Shown piece after piece: positions 22,901 through 31,794 of a DNA stretch of 64,000 nucleotides. Both the position numbers and the translations under genes were made by a program. The notes under the pieces were generated by a model. It was not told where the DNA came from and did no database searches. It was given only the letters and a program-made list of their open reading frames with translations. Position 1 is the first letter of the stretch; the number at the start of each line of letters is the position of its first letter. The DNA is from Patescibacteria group bacterium (GTDB lineage: Bacteria; Patescibacteriota; Patescibacteriia; Magasanikbacterales; GWA2-37-8): the NCBI GenBank assembly GCA_041649475.1, contig JBAZNA010000001.1:456612-520611 (forward strand). The letters run 5' to 3'.

Positions 22901-24713
22901 TGATGATATGGCATATATTAAGGGATCGTCTGATACTCATGAAAAAACTTTCTTTCTTGCTGGAATCAAAAATACTTCTTTCAATTCTTTGTATGAAAAT
23001 AAGCTTACTGAGATATCGGACCTTGAATTCGAGAAATTACTTCGTTTAATAACTCTTCACCAGGGACTAACATATGATTTTGATATCATTAAGGATTTGA
23101 ATTACAGGGATGCAACAAAACAAATTGAAAATATCGTAACAATGCAAATGACTTATTTAATGGATGGAAGATTTGTGGATTTCACTAGCAATAACAAAGC
23201 TGATGCACAATCACTTAGGCGAGTGATTAAAAATAAGATGCAATTTCCTAAGGAACAATTTTCCAAATTAAAAAATGCTTTTCCTTGTATTTTGGCCGGC
23301 ATTCGTGATTATGCCGAATACATACCGTTAGTACCGGAAATATTTGATTTGGTTATAATTGATGAAGCATCACAGGTGAGTATAGCCCAAGCCTTCCCGG
23401 CTCTCTTAAGAGCAAAAAAAATTGTAGTGCTTGGCGACAATCTTCAATTTAGTAACGTAAAATCAGCGTTGGCACGAGGAGATATAAACCAACAACATCT
23501 TGCAGGTTTGAAAGACGTATTTTTAAAAACCATTTCCAATGAAACAGACAAGGTAGTCCGTTTGGAAAAATTTAATATTAAAGTTTCAATACTCGATTTT
23601 TTAGGTTTTATTAATAACTACCGCACCAGTCTTAAAAAACATTTCCGTGGATATAGAGAACTTATTTCCTATTCAAATAAATTCTTCTACAAAAATAGTC
23701 TACAGGTCATGAAAGTTCGTGGCGTACCGATTAGTTCTGTAATCAAATTTTCACAAGTTGAACATGACGGGTTAGAAGAAGCTATCAAGAATACAAATGT
23801 ACCTGAAATTAATTTTATTATTTCCGAACTGAAAACACTTAAGGAACAGGGAAAAAGTTGTTCGGTGGGTATTATTACACCCCACACTAACCAGCAAGGG
23901 TTATTATATGAAAAGATAAGCAGCTTGCCGGAAGCAGATTATTTTTTTGATGTATTAAAACTCAAAATAATGACCTTTGATACATGTCAGGGAGAAGAAA
24001 TGGACATTGTTTTATATTCGATGGTAGCTACCAAGGCAGATGATAAATTGAATTATGTCTTTTCCACTAACCTTGAAAATATCGATCTGGACGATGATGA
24101 GGGTAAAATTAAGGCTCAGCGTCTTAATGTCGGTTTAAGTCGTGCTAAGGAGTGTATGCACTTCGTCCTCAGTAAACCTATAGATCAGTACACAGGAACG
24201 GTGAAAGAATTTCTCCAGCATTACAAAAATACTTTGGTTGAAGGTCAAAAAGAGTTTGATTCAAGTGCAGTAGATAATAATTCTGAAATGGAACCCCTCG
24301 TGCTTAATTGGTTTTATCAAACAAAATTTTGGGAAGAAAACAAAGGAACCGCTGAAATAATTCCACAGTTTGAGTTGGGCAAATATTTGAAACAACTTGA
24401 TAATAGTTATAAACATCCAAATTATAGAGTTGATTTTTTATTAGTGTATAACGATAATGATGGATTTCAACACAAGATTATTATTGAGTATGATGGTTTC
24501 CTTGAACATTTTGGACGTTCAATGGAAGTGGTTAATGGGGGAAATTATCAAGAATATTATTCGCCTGAAGATGTGTATCGGCAACATGTTCTTGAGGGTT
24601 ACGGTTATAAATTTATAAGGATAAACAAATTTAATCTGGGTGAAGATCCTATAACAACTCTTGATTCAAGAATACAAAATATAGTAAAAAAAAAACTTCA
24701 AACCACGAGATAA
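19944..24713 (+). CDS. SF1 (Upf1/DNA2-like) helicase, 1589 aa, with long N-terminal coiled-coil region and C-terminal DUF559-like (Vsr/REase-fold) endonuclease domain
   Basis: Walker A LVEGPPGTGKSHTIT, Walker B LVIIDEASQV, further helicase motifs LGDNLQ and CQGEEMDIV; C-terminus VDFLLVY...IIIEYDGFLEH...D..R...GY.FIRINKFN matches the DUF559 pattern. Confidence 0.8.
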   Translation: MNKNISRIQIVESIPRFIKAVGNYFMDFLETDFHKRKLPRRNIELHNEKGLLTGVNLNKYPSFYKVAYKLVNNCFNSDVLNSVQKGVYKADIPKSLLDLIKKQVNKVSNAEILNLTKEIDEAVHQSALKYKDDYLQAFNSVMEDADRVFKRRIVLDLVKSIEKSLQNTKLADENAIFQIEEELTDILKNKIKDVVSEGLKQLLSGEKTSIKNLLKDVLDLEEVRTSLTKFFDMFKVSDLFNDLHELYQNYKIEDKKEFYFYFYDISYQKNKYPIFYIPFSIERKSDEFSIVFDSQIYINKKALAYIVQEYNRERDRKGSLQTIDDRIIYLADHTDDLNLILQQTITEITNFFGLEENIFVAKPDIQTSKNLYISLSTNVYVALFDKSDEALLNDYEDILNAPEGSPLMNGFKILIEDFINKNPVSIQIPIADEWDGKSVGERLVCKSPIPLNSEQQQILSAINNNQSKYVLVEGPPGTGKSHTITAIVFDTILKGNSVLVLSDKKEALDVVEKNIINTLNKVRVDEKFQNPLLRLGKTGNTYNQLLTQSSIDGITEQFRVVKSKYPNLNEQIDIAITALRNGVEKQIGAYKKISLADVNELVSLKQHFDENGFCIDIDEAINNPDSVVELTKIRSILLNLKKQINTNKKISFNFNFKKELNEESSTNLESIISALEDIRELVTDNPQFLEVKLLISYQKIVQENKPNVEKLIGGLEDVFEIVDILTKNKKYTDLIGIQKNKFNSLAVLKDVTQYTLKLKEMLVKVKYFAKDTLPLLNFFKQSSELDAVDLEQYIDSAKQLKRGLFGYLGKGKEVHELNQNFRKKFPLSKFEDPHKNLKDLESILAIYKYILELKKEVPTCEYDDCVDIIVSLLKKEDLFFSDEQLDRLHKLVESLSKVEKNIEDLKSDIKDATLQELKNIATIFEINSLYEELGELMASEKELLDLNIDLEKNKNLEVLIQKSNLDRLIIEIKTCKEYVDTLLEINDDMAYIKGSSDTHEKTFFLAGIKNTSFNSLYENKLTEISDLEFEKLLRLITLHQGLTYDFDIIKDLNYRDATKQIENIVTMQMTYLMDGRFVDFTSNNKADAQSLRRVIKNKMQFPKEQFSKLKNAFPCILAGIRDYAEYIPLVPEIFDLVIIDEASQVSIAQAFPALLRAKKIVVLGDNLQFSNVKSALARGDINQQHLAGLKDVFLKTISNETDKVVRLEKFNIKVSILDFLGFINNYRTSLKKHFRGYRELISYSNKFFYKNSLQVMKVRGVPISSVIKFSQVEHDGLEEAIKNTNVPEINFIISELKTLKEQGKSCSVGIITPHTNQQGLLYEKISSLPEADYFFDVLKLKIMTFDTCQGEEMDIVLYSMVATKADDKLNYVFSTNLENIDLDDDEGKIKAQRLNVGLSRAKECMHFVLSKPIDQYTGTVKEFLQHYKNTLVEGQKEFDSSAVDNNSEMEPLVLNWFYQTKFWEENKGTAEIIPQFELGKYLKQLDNSYKHPNYRVDFLLVYNDNDGFQHKIIIEYDGFLEHFGRSMEVVNGGNYQEYYSPEDVYRQHVLEGYGYKFIRINKFNLGEDPITTLDSRIQNIVKKKLQTTR

Positions 24714-24742
24714 TAAATAATATACAGAATACGATTCTTGAC

Positions 24743-25405
24743 TTGCACAGTGGTGCCGCTAAAGAATGTCCTCAGTGTGGAGAAGTAAAGCCCATATCGG
24801 ATTTTAAAGATAAATCGCTTGTCACAGGCATCGGTAGATTTTGTTTGAAGTGTAAAACACATATGTCACGACGTGAGTATGTGCCGACATTCAATTGGAA
24901 AGGGGTGGAATTAAAGAGTGAATCGCCAAAAAGTGATATTAATAAACTTTTAAATTTTTCAGAGCACCCAGAGAAATACGCTACAGGGACCGATAGTGCG
25001 AATGAAAAACTAAGTTATTTGGAGAGCATTAAACATAAATTTAATGAAGAACAATTAACGACCTACACTGCGGCACGTAAAAGATTTGATCTGGCACTTG
25101 CCTTAAAAAAGGAAGCTATGGTCCAAAAGGTTGATCATAGTGCTATGTTAGTGGAGGCATTTAAAAACCACAGGTCGATAAAAATTCGCTATAAGGGTTC
25201 GTGGAGAATGATTGACCCCTATTCTCTCAATAATACTTATGTTGTAGCTTACTGTCACCTTGCACGTGATATTCGTACCTTTAGAGTGGATAGAATTCAA
25301 GATGTGGAACTTTTAGAGAGTTTTAATTTTAATAAATTTTTACAGACGACAGCAGAATCTAAACTTGTGGAAGCCCCTAAATATAAAGGATACCAGAGGT
25401 ACTGA
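24743..25405 (+). CDS. zinc-ribbon plus WYL-domain protein
   Basis: N-terminal CPQCGE...C.KC zinc ribbon; C-terminal IKIRYKGSWRMIDPYSLNNTYVVAYCHLARDIRTFRVDRIQDVELLE is a canonical WYL-domain signature. Confidence 0.7.
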   Translation: MHSGAAKECPQCGEVKPISDFKDKSLVTGIGRFCLKCKTHMSRREYVPTFNWKGVELKSESPKSDINKLLNFSEHPEKYATGTDSANEKLSYLESIKHKFNEEQLTTYTAARKRFDLALALKKEAMVQKVDHSAMLVEAFKNHRSIKIRYKGSWRMIDPYSLNNTYVVAYCHLARDIRTFRVDRIQDVELLESFNFNKFLQTTAESKLVEAPKYKGYQRY

Positions 25406-25451
25406 AGTTTACCTGCTTAATTACAAGTACAAAAATACTTTATTTCTCAAT

Positions 25452-28400
25452 ATGTCATTTGAATCGCGTTATAAAGATCTAAACAAAGAACAAAGACTTG
25501 CTGTTGATACTATCGATGGTCCTGTTTTAGTTATTGCTGGTCCAGGATCTGGTAAAACAGAGCTTTTAAGTTTACGTGTAGCAAACATCTTAAAAAATAG
25601 CGATGTATATCCCACAAATATTTTATGCCTTACGTTTACCGATTCAGCAGCAAAAAACATGATGGAACGTTTATCTGGACTTATAGGTATTAATGCACAT
25701 AAAGTAGCAATTTACACTTTCCACAGTTTTGCACTTAGTATAATGCACAGATTCCGAGAAGATTTTTATAACTATCAACAAATGAACTCTGCGGATGAAA
25801 TAATTCAGATCGAAACTCTATCTGATATTTTAGAGACAATACCACTTTCAGATGCCTTTAGTACAAAAGGACCCGATGGTACTTACTTGTACATCAAAAG
25901 TATAAGAGATAGAATTGACAAATTAAAAAAAGCCGGTATTACTCCTGAAGAGTATGCAAAAATATTAAAAATAAATGAAATTAGTTATACAACAATTGAA
26001 AAAATTATAATTCCTTTTTTTGAAGAGCGCATGTCGAAAAGCGTGCGAGAGAAAATTCCAGATTTATTAACAGAAATAAATTCAATTGTTTTACAACCTG
26101 GTGATATTCAGCACACAAGTTTTCTTGATTATAAAGAATTGATAATTTCATCTCTTACGTCGGCTTATGAAAAAGCAGTTGAAGAAAATTGTACAAAACC
26201 TTTAACCGTATGGAAAGAAGAATGGCTTAAGAGAGATTCGGATTCAAAAGAGTTGCACCTTAAGGATACACACCAACTAAAAAGAAACCAGACACTTGCA
26301 CAAATATACAATAAATATCAATCAGCCTTGGCCACCGCGGGTTATATTGATTTTAATGACATGATTATTGATGTTATTAATGTACTGAAAAAGAAAAAAG
26401 GTATTCTCGCACAACTTCAAGAACAGTATCAATATATTTTGGTTGATGAATTTCAAGATACAAATGATGCTCAAATGAGCATTATTCATCTTTTAGTTGA
26501 TAATCCGGTTAATGAAGGCAGGCCCAATATTATGGTCGTGGGTGATGATGATCAGTCTGTTTATAAATTTCAAGGTGCGGATATAAATAACATTTTGCAA
26601 TTCAAAAAAAGATATCCGGATACCAAATTAATTACTCTGGTTAAGAACTATCGGTCAACTCCTGCAATTGTTGATTTTGCACAATTGGTTATATCACAAG
26701 GGGAGGATAGACTATCTACGCGCTTTAAAGAAATAGAAAAGAAATTAGAAGCGGTTAATCCAAATATTCCTGATGGGGAAATTATTGCCCACACGTTCGA
26801 TACTGCGTTACATGAATATGCATATGTAGCACATGAAATTCAGGAAAAAATTGAACATGGAGTCAATCCAAACGATATAGCTGTGATTGCAAGGAACCAT
26901 AAGCACCTAGAAATAATTGCACGTTACCTTCAATCAAAGGTGATCCCAATAAGATATGAAAGGCAGCGGAACGTTTTAGAAGAATCGCACATTCAACAAC
27001 TTATTTTATTGGCGCGATTAATCCAGTCAATTGCTACTAAAAATATTAACTATCAAGATGACTTGTTACCGAGAGTTTTATCGTTTCCATTTTTTGATTT
27101 GGAACGTCAAACATTATGGGAATTATCAATTGAGGCACACAAGAATCAGAAAAATTGGATTAGTACGATGCTAGAAAATCATAACGTTAAGCTTCAGTCT
27201 GTAGCTAAATGGCTTATTGATTTAGCAACCCAGGCAGATACAAGCTCGATGGATTCATTGATTGATATAATGATAGGTCCACCAGAAAATAAAGATTTTT
27301 TTTCATCACCATTTAGACAGTTTTATTTTAGTAAAGAGAGATTTGAAACTGATCCGCGCAAATATCTACAATTCCTATCAAGCCTAAATACTTTTATAAA
27401 CACCGTCCGTTCTTACTGTGCCAAGAGCAAAGCACCACGTATATCAGATTTACTAGACTGTGTAGATGTATATCAAAAAAATTGTCTTCCTATTACAGAT
27501 ACAAGCCCTTATTTAAGTGGAACAGAAGCTGTTACGCTTTTGGTGGCACATAAAGCAAAAGGGCTTGAATTTGATACTGTCTTTGTGATTAACTGCCAAA
27601 ATAATATATGGGCAAAGTCACAAGGGGCAGACTTGATTGCATTTCCTAAAAATTTACCAATTGATTCATCTGGTGACACTTTTGATGATTATTTACGTAT
27701 ATTTTTTGTTGCGCTTACACGCGCTAAACACCATTTATATGTTACTAGTTACACTAGAGAGGAAAACGGAAAGGATGCCTTACAAGTTCCGTTCTTAGAA
27801 CCAAATCTTTTTAAAGATTTTAAACACAATATTCTTGCACATCATCAAGAAACTACTCTATCGGATACGATTGCAACATTAGAAAACAATGTATTTCCAA
27901 CGCTTGGGCCAATCGCGACAGATGAAAGGCCTGTTTTACAACCTCTGATAGATGAATATGCAATGAGTGTAACTCATTTAAATAACTTTCTCGATGTAAC
28001 CAAGGGAGGGCCTTACTATTTTTTTGAACAAAATTTTCTTCATTTTCCGCAAGCAAAAAGCGCTTCCATGGCATATGGAACAGCAATGCATAAAACTACG
28101 GAGTCTATATATGCGTACTTGAAAGAAAAAAATTTCTTACCCACACTTCAGGAGGTTGATTTAATGTTAAGTGAAAAAATGGAAAAAGAAGCGATGAGCG
28201 AATTAGATTTAACCAAATATTTAGAAAAGGGGAAAGATGCTTGGAAAGTATACTTTGATGTTGCTATAAAACATTTTGATGTTTCTCATTGGATAGAAAC
28301 TGACTTCAAATTACAGCACGTTATGATAGATAAAGCCCAAATTACCGGAAAAATAGATAAAATAATACCTAATGAAGAAGAAAAGTTACTAGAAGTTTAC

Positions 28401-28760
28401 GATTTTAAAACAGGAAAATATCACCGAGACTGGGATGGAAAGGATATATATAAAAAAATTCAATTATACAGTTATAAAAGACAGTTGATGTTTTATAAAT
28501 TATTGATAGAAGGCTCACGTGATTATTCAAAGTATACAGTACATAGGGGGTGTCTGGAATTTCTAACGCCAACAATGGATAATGAAATAGTGGTTCTACC
28601 ATACGATATCACGGATGAAGATGTTGAAAGATTGAAAAAAATAATTATTGCGGTGTATAAAAAGATACAGCGTTTAGATTTTCCAGATGTAAGCAAATAT
28701 GAACAATCGCTCGAGGGTATAGTTATGTTTGAAAACGATCTAATTGCCGGAAATATTTAA
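25452..28760 (+). CDS. UvrD/PcrA-like SF1 helicase fused to C-terminal RecB-type PD-(D/E)xK nuclease (AddA-like architecture)
   Basis: motif I VIAGPGSGKTELL, II YILVDEFQDTN, III MVVGDDDQSVYKFQGA, IV KNYRSTPAIV, VI VAHKAKGLEFDTVFV; nuclease motifs GKIDKIIP...EVYDFKTGKY and YKRQLMFY (QxxxY). Confidence 0.8.
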   Translation: MSFESRYKDLNKEQRLAVDTIDGPVLVIAGPGSGKTELLSLRVANILKNSDVYPTNILCLTFTDSAAKNMMERLSGLIGINAHKVAIYTFHSFALSIMHRFREDFYNYQQMNSADEIIQIETLSDILETIPLSDAFSTKGPDGTYLYIKSIRDRIDKLKKAGITPEEYAKILKINEISYTTIEKIIIPFFEERMSKSVREKIPDLLTEINSIVLQPGDIQHTSFLDYKELIISSLTSAYEKAVEENCTKPLTVWKEEWLKRDSDSKELHLKDTHQLKRNQTLAQIYNKYQSALATAGYIDFNDMIIDVINVLKKKKGILAQLQEQYQYILVDEFQDTNDAQMSIIHLLVDNPVNEGRPNIMVVGDDDQSVYKFQGADINNILQFKKRYPDTKLITLVKNYRSTPAIVDFAQLVISQGEDRLSTRFKEIEKKLEAVNPNIPDGEIIAHTFDTALHEYAYVAHEIQEKIEHGVNPNDIAVIARNHKHLEIIARYLQSKVIPIRYERQRNVLEESHIQQLILLARLIQSIATKNINYQDDLLPRVLSFPFFDLERQTLWELSIEAHKNQKNWISTMLENHNVKLQSVAKWLIDLATQADTSSMDSLIDIMIGPPENKDFFSSPFRQFYFSKERFETDPRKYLQFLSSLNTFINTVRSYCAKSKAPRISDLLDCVDVYQKNCLPITDTSPYLSGTEAVTLLVAHKAKGLEFDTVFVINCQNNIWAKSQGADLIAFPKNLPIDSSGDTFDDYLRIFFVALTRAKHHLYVTSYTREENGKDALQVPFLEPNLFKDFKHNILAHHQETTLSDTIATLENNVFPTLGPIATDERPVLQPLIDEYAMSVTHLNNFLDVTKGGPYYFFEQNFLHFPQAKSASMAYGTAMHKTTESIYAYLKEKNFLPTLQEVDLMLSEKMEKEAMSELDLTKYLEKGKDAWKVYFDVAIKHFDVSHWIETDFKLQHVMIDKAQITGKIDKIIPNEEEKLLEVYDFKTGKYHRDWDGKDIYKKIQLYSYKRQLMFYKLLIEGSRDYSKYTVHRGCLEFLTPTMDNEIVVLPYDITDEDVERLKKIIIAVYKKIQRLDFPDVSKYEQSLEGIVMFENDLIAGNI

Positions 28761-28777
28761 AATTTAATAAATATTGT

Positions 28778-29233
28778 ATGGTTCAAGTTTGGCCGTTATT
28801 AAAAGCATTCTTTCCGCTAATTGAGTTCGTCTTGATATTGTTGGTATTAAAAATAGTAGTGGAAGAAATATATTATAGATTTTTTTATAAAGATGAGTCT
28901 GTTTCAAAATTACGTCATCAGCCTACCCTAGAGGCTAAAAAATTAAATGAGGAACTTACAAAACTTGGTTATAATTCTGAATTAGAAAAATGGGACGGGC
29001 ACAAACATATTGATATTGCTGTTGTGCCTGCTAAAACTAACATAGAAATTGATGGGTCATATCATAATTACAGAGCTAGTTCTGCTTTGAGGGATTTGGA
29101 ACGAACATTTTATTCACTTGAAAAAGGTTATATCACGTTAAGGATACCAAACTCGTTAGTTAGATATAAACTGGCAGAAACTGTAAAATATGTAGACAAA
29201 ATTTTAAAGATAAGGACAAATGTCAATATCTGA
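28778..29233 (+). CDS. DUF559-like (Vsr/REase-fold) small endonuclease-domain protein
   Basis: IDIAVVP...IEIDGSYHN...RDLER...LEKGYITLRIPN parallels the helicase C-terminal DUF559 pattern. Confidence 0.5.
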   Translation: MVQVWPLLKAFFPLIEFVLILLVLKIVVEEIYYRFFYKDESVSKLRHQPTLEAKKLNEELTKLGYNSELEKWDGHKHIDIAVVPAKTNIEIDGSYHNYRASSALRDLERTFYSLEKGYITLRIPNSLVRYKLAETVKYVDKILKIRTNVNI

Positions 29234-29801
29234 GCAAACAATCCAGGATTTTAAAAAGCTGTACGCTGAAAAATATCACAAGGAGATTTCTAGTGGAGAA
29301 GCGGAAATGGCGATAGGTAATCTTGTAGGGCTTGTTGAAGTGCTGTTAAAAATAGACGAAGAAGAAGTAGAGAGAAAAAGGCGACTGAAGTATGAACCAA
29401 AGGGATTTCATTTGAATGATGGGACTTATAATTGCGGAATTTGTGGAACAAGTGTTTCTGGAGATTCGTGCTGGTATGACAAATTTGGAATTAAATGTAT
29501 GATCTGTCAACGCGCTATTAATAAACATATAATTCCCGGTTCGCTCTGTTATAAAGATACCTGGTACAAAATATGGGAATTAGAACATTATTATGATCTG
29601 GATTCTTCTGCAGTAAGACAATTGCTCCGGGAAGGTAAGCTCAAAGCACGGATTATCCCTAGAGAAAACGGACGCCCATATTTTTATCTCTTTATAATAA
29701 GAGAAAACCAAGGCGTGCTTCATAAGAAACCAAAGTTAATCCTTAGACATGAAGAAAATGGATATGTCTCAGTTAAATATCCTAAATTAACGCTTGGCTA
29801 A
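29220..29801 (+). CDS. hypothetical Zn-finger protein
   Basis: CGICGTSVSGDSCWYDKFGIKCMICQ; start overlaps upstream stop (translational coupling). Confidence 0.45.
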   Translation: MSISEQTIQDFKKLYAEKYHKEISSGEAEMAIGNLVGLVEVLLKIDEEEVERKRRLKYEPKGFHLNDGTYNCGICGTSVSGDSCWYDKFGIKCMICQRAINKHIIPGSLCYKDTWYKIWELEHYYDLDSSAVRQLLREGKLKARIIPRENGRPYFYLFIIRENQGVLHKKPKLILRHEENGYVSVKYPKLTLG

Positions 29802-29830
29802 ACAATAAAAGTAAAAAAGTAAACTTTGGT

Positions 29831-30331
29831 ATGGTAGATATTAAAATAATTGAAGGTGATATTACAACACTAAGTGTGGATGCAATAATTAACGCTGCCA
29901 ATGAGACACTTTTGGGAGGTGGTGGTGTTGATGGGGTAATTCATTACGTTGCTGGTCCGGAGTTAAAAGAAGAATGTGAGACTTTGGGAGGATGCAAAAA
30001 AGGTGAGGCAAAAATTACTAAGGGCTATAATTTACCTGCCAAATACGTGATCCATACTGTTGGTCCAGCGTATGGTTTTGAGGGTGGTCTGGAAAAGAAA
30101 ATCTTGCAGGATTGCTACATTAACAGTTTAGAAGTTGCGAAGAAAAATAATTTACGGACCGTGGCTTTCCCAGCTATCTCTACAGGCGCATTTCGGTATC
30201 CAAAGGATATGGCAGCAAAAATTGCAATGGAATGTGTTTCCGATTATACTAGCCAATACCCTGATTCATTTGATCAGATAATATTTGTAATGTTCAGTGA
30301 ATTTGATTACCTTGTGTATAAAAGTTTATAA
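29831..30331 (+). CDS. Macro-domain protein (ADP-ribose binding/hydrolase, YmdB-like)
   Basis: IEGDITTLSVDAIINAANETLLGGGGVDGVIH...VIHTVGP...VAFPAISTGAFRYP are classic macro-domain motifs. Confidence 0.85.
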   Translation: MVDIKIIEGDITTLSVDAIINAANETLLGGGGVDGVIHYVAGPELKEECETLGGCKKGEAKITKGYNLPAKYVIHTVGPAYGFEGGLEKKILQDCYINSLEVAKKNNLRTVAFPAISTGAFRYPKDMAAKIAMECVSDYTSQYPDSFDQIIFVMFSEFDYLVYKSL

Positions 30332-30333
30332 AT

Positions 30334-30744
30334 ATGAGTATTTTAGCCACTTTGGAACAAAAACAATTAATTTCAAAGGAGACCGTAGAATTATTCACCG
30401 TATCCGTGATTATATTTTTCTTGTCATTGATTTTGTTTAGACTTCATTTTTATTTGGCGGCATTGGGTTTATTGCTTATGGTACTGGGTGGATTGGCAAA
30501 CTTATATGTAATTGATTACAACAAGCTTCGTATGCCTGTTTTGAATCTAAGTCGGCGGCAACTGGCTGAGGCAAAGAGGAGGCAGCCATCACGCAGATTT
30601 TGTAAATTGGACAGAAGCACAAAATTAGCCTGGCTGGCAGACAGGTTTCAGGTTGGTAAGGGTGTTTATAGCTTGGGTGATTTTATTATGTATTTTGGTG
30701 TGGTTGTTGTAGTCCCTGAGGTCGTGTTTAGATTTTTACCTTAG
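30334..30744 (+). CDS. hypothetical membrane protein
   Basis: hydrophobic helices. Confidence 0.4.
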   Translation: MSILATLEQKQLISKETVELFTVSVIIFFLSLILFRLHFYLAALGLLLMVLGGLANLYVIDYNKLRMPVLNLSRRQLAEAKRRQPSRRFCKLDRSTKLAWLADRFQVGKGVYSLGDFIMYFGVVVVVPEVVFRFLP

Positions 30745-30759
30745 TTACGAGACGGTCAT

Positions 30760-31515
30760 ATGTTTTTTAAGGCAAACATGCAAGATAAACTTTCCGTAAA
30801 ACTTTTTACGGATGTTGGCATGGGCGAAATATTTATGGCCCGCTTAATTCACCTCCACGACCATGTACTTAAGGATTTTGGTATGAGGAAGACCGATATT
30901 GATTGGCGGAATGTTGGAAAAGACCTCTTCGCTGTCATATTTGATGGATTAGTGCCAGCATTCAGCGATCTACGGACATTGCGCACAGAATGGAACGACC
31001 TCAAGGTGCCGGAACTCAAAAAAATAAAGACCGTAAAAAATGTATTTGGTAATCTAATTATAGCCTTCAAGGATCGTTTTCAGGGTGTAGTTTTGAAAAT
31101 GGGATATCCAATCGGATTCTTGTTCAAAGACGACTCAAAATTTAAAAACGGACTTACGAATTTCGTTATTAGTTACCCGAGCATACACTCTGACTTTATT
31201 AATGTGTTTCGAGAAGATCGCATTTGGCTAAAAAGGATGACTGACGTTAGGAATGTTCTTATTGAACATACATCAGGAAAACCCGAGGCTAAAATCGAGG
31301 AGTTGAATCCCTACTTAACTCCCGACAACGCTGCGGTACTGTTTGATAATTGCTGGCGCACTATGGAGGACTATCTTTTGGTGTTCACAAAGGATTTGAT
31401 AGATCCAAAATACGGCATGGAACTTCTAGAGTTGCAGGAATATCGGCAAGACAAGAATTATCCCCAGCGGGTTGGGTGGTTTATCAAACCCGAAAGACTC
31501 ATTAAGTCTGAATAG
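30760..31515 (+). CDS. hypothetical protein
   Basis: 251-aa ORF. Confidence 0.5.
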   Translation: MFFKANMQDKLSVKLFTDVGMGEIFMARLIHLHDHVLKDFGMRKTDIDWRNVGKDLFAVIFDGLVPAFSDLRTLRTEWNDLKVPELKKIKTVKNVFGNLIIAFKDRFQGVVLKMGYPIGFLFKDDSKFKNGLTNFVISYPSIHSDFINVFREDRIWLKRMTDVRNVLIEHTSGKPEAKIEELNPYLTPDNAAVLFDNCWRTMEDYLLVFTKDLIDPKYGMELLELQEYRQDKNYPQRVGWFIKPERLIKSE

Positions 31516-31760
31516 TTTTCCAGTGGCTGCCGAAGAGAAGCGGACACCAGAGCGATGTCGAGCGACGCAGGCGGGCGAGACCACGATACGCATGGTGGAA
31601 CAGCAAAACACTCGCAGTTCTGTCAAAAGCAACTCATAAGATGGGTTGTTTTTGTTTACACTAAAAATAAGCAGGGGATTAAGCCAATTTAGGTATATAA
31701 ACCCCGCACATTTCGCTAAAAAAAGTTATAATAGCGTCCCGTTGGTTCCGCAAAATAATT

Positions 31761-31794
31761 AAAAAACCCGCCGAACGTACGAAGACATGGCGGG
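31761..31794 (-). terminator. rho-independent terminator abutting the stop codon of the kinase-like gene
   Basis: CCCGCC...GGCGGG hairpin 31767-31794 with T6 on the minus strand. Confidence 0.5.

Noticed and set aside
29831-30331. Macro domain as DarG antitoxin of a DarTG pair
   Set aside because: No DarT (DUF4433-like) toxin is recognisable next to it. The protein is a minimal stand-alone macro domain without the DarG C-terminal domain. Kept only as part of the locus hypothesis.
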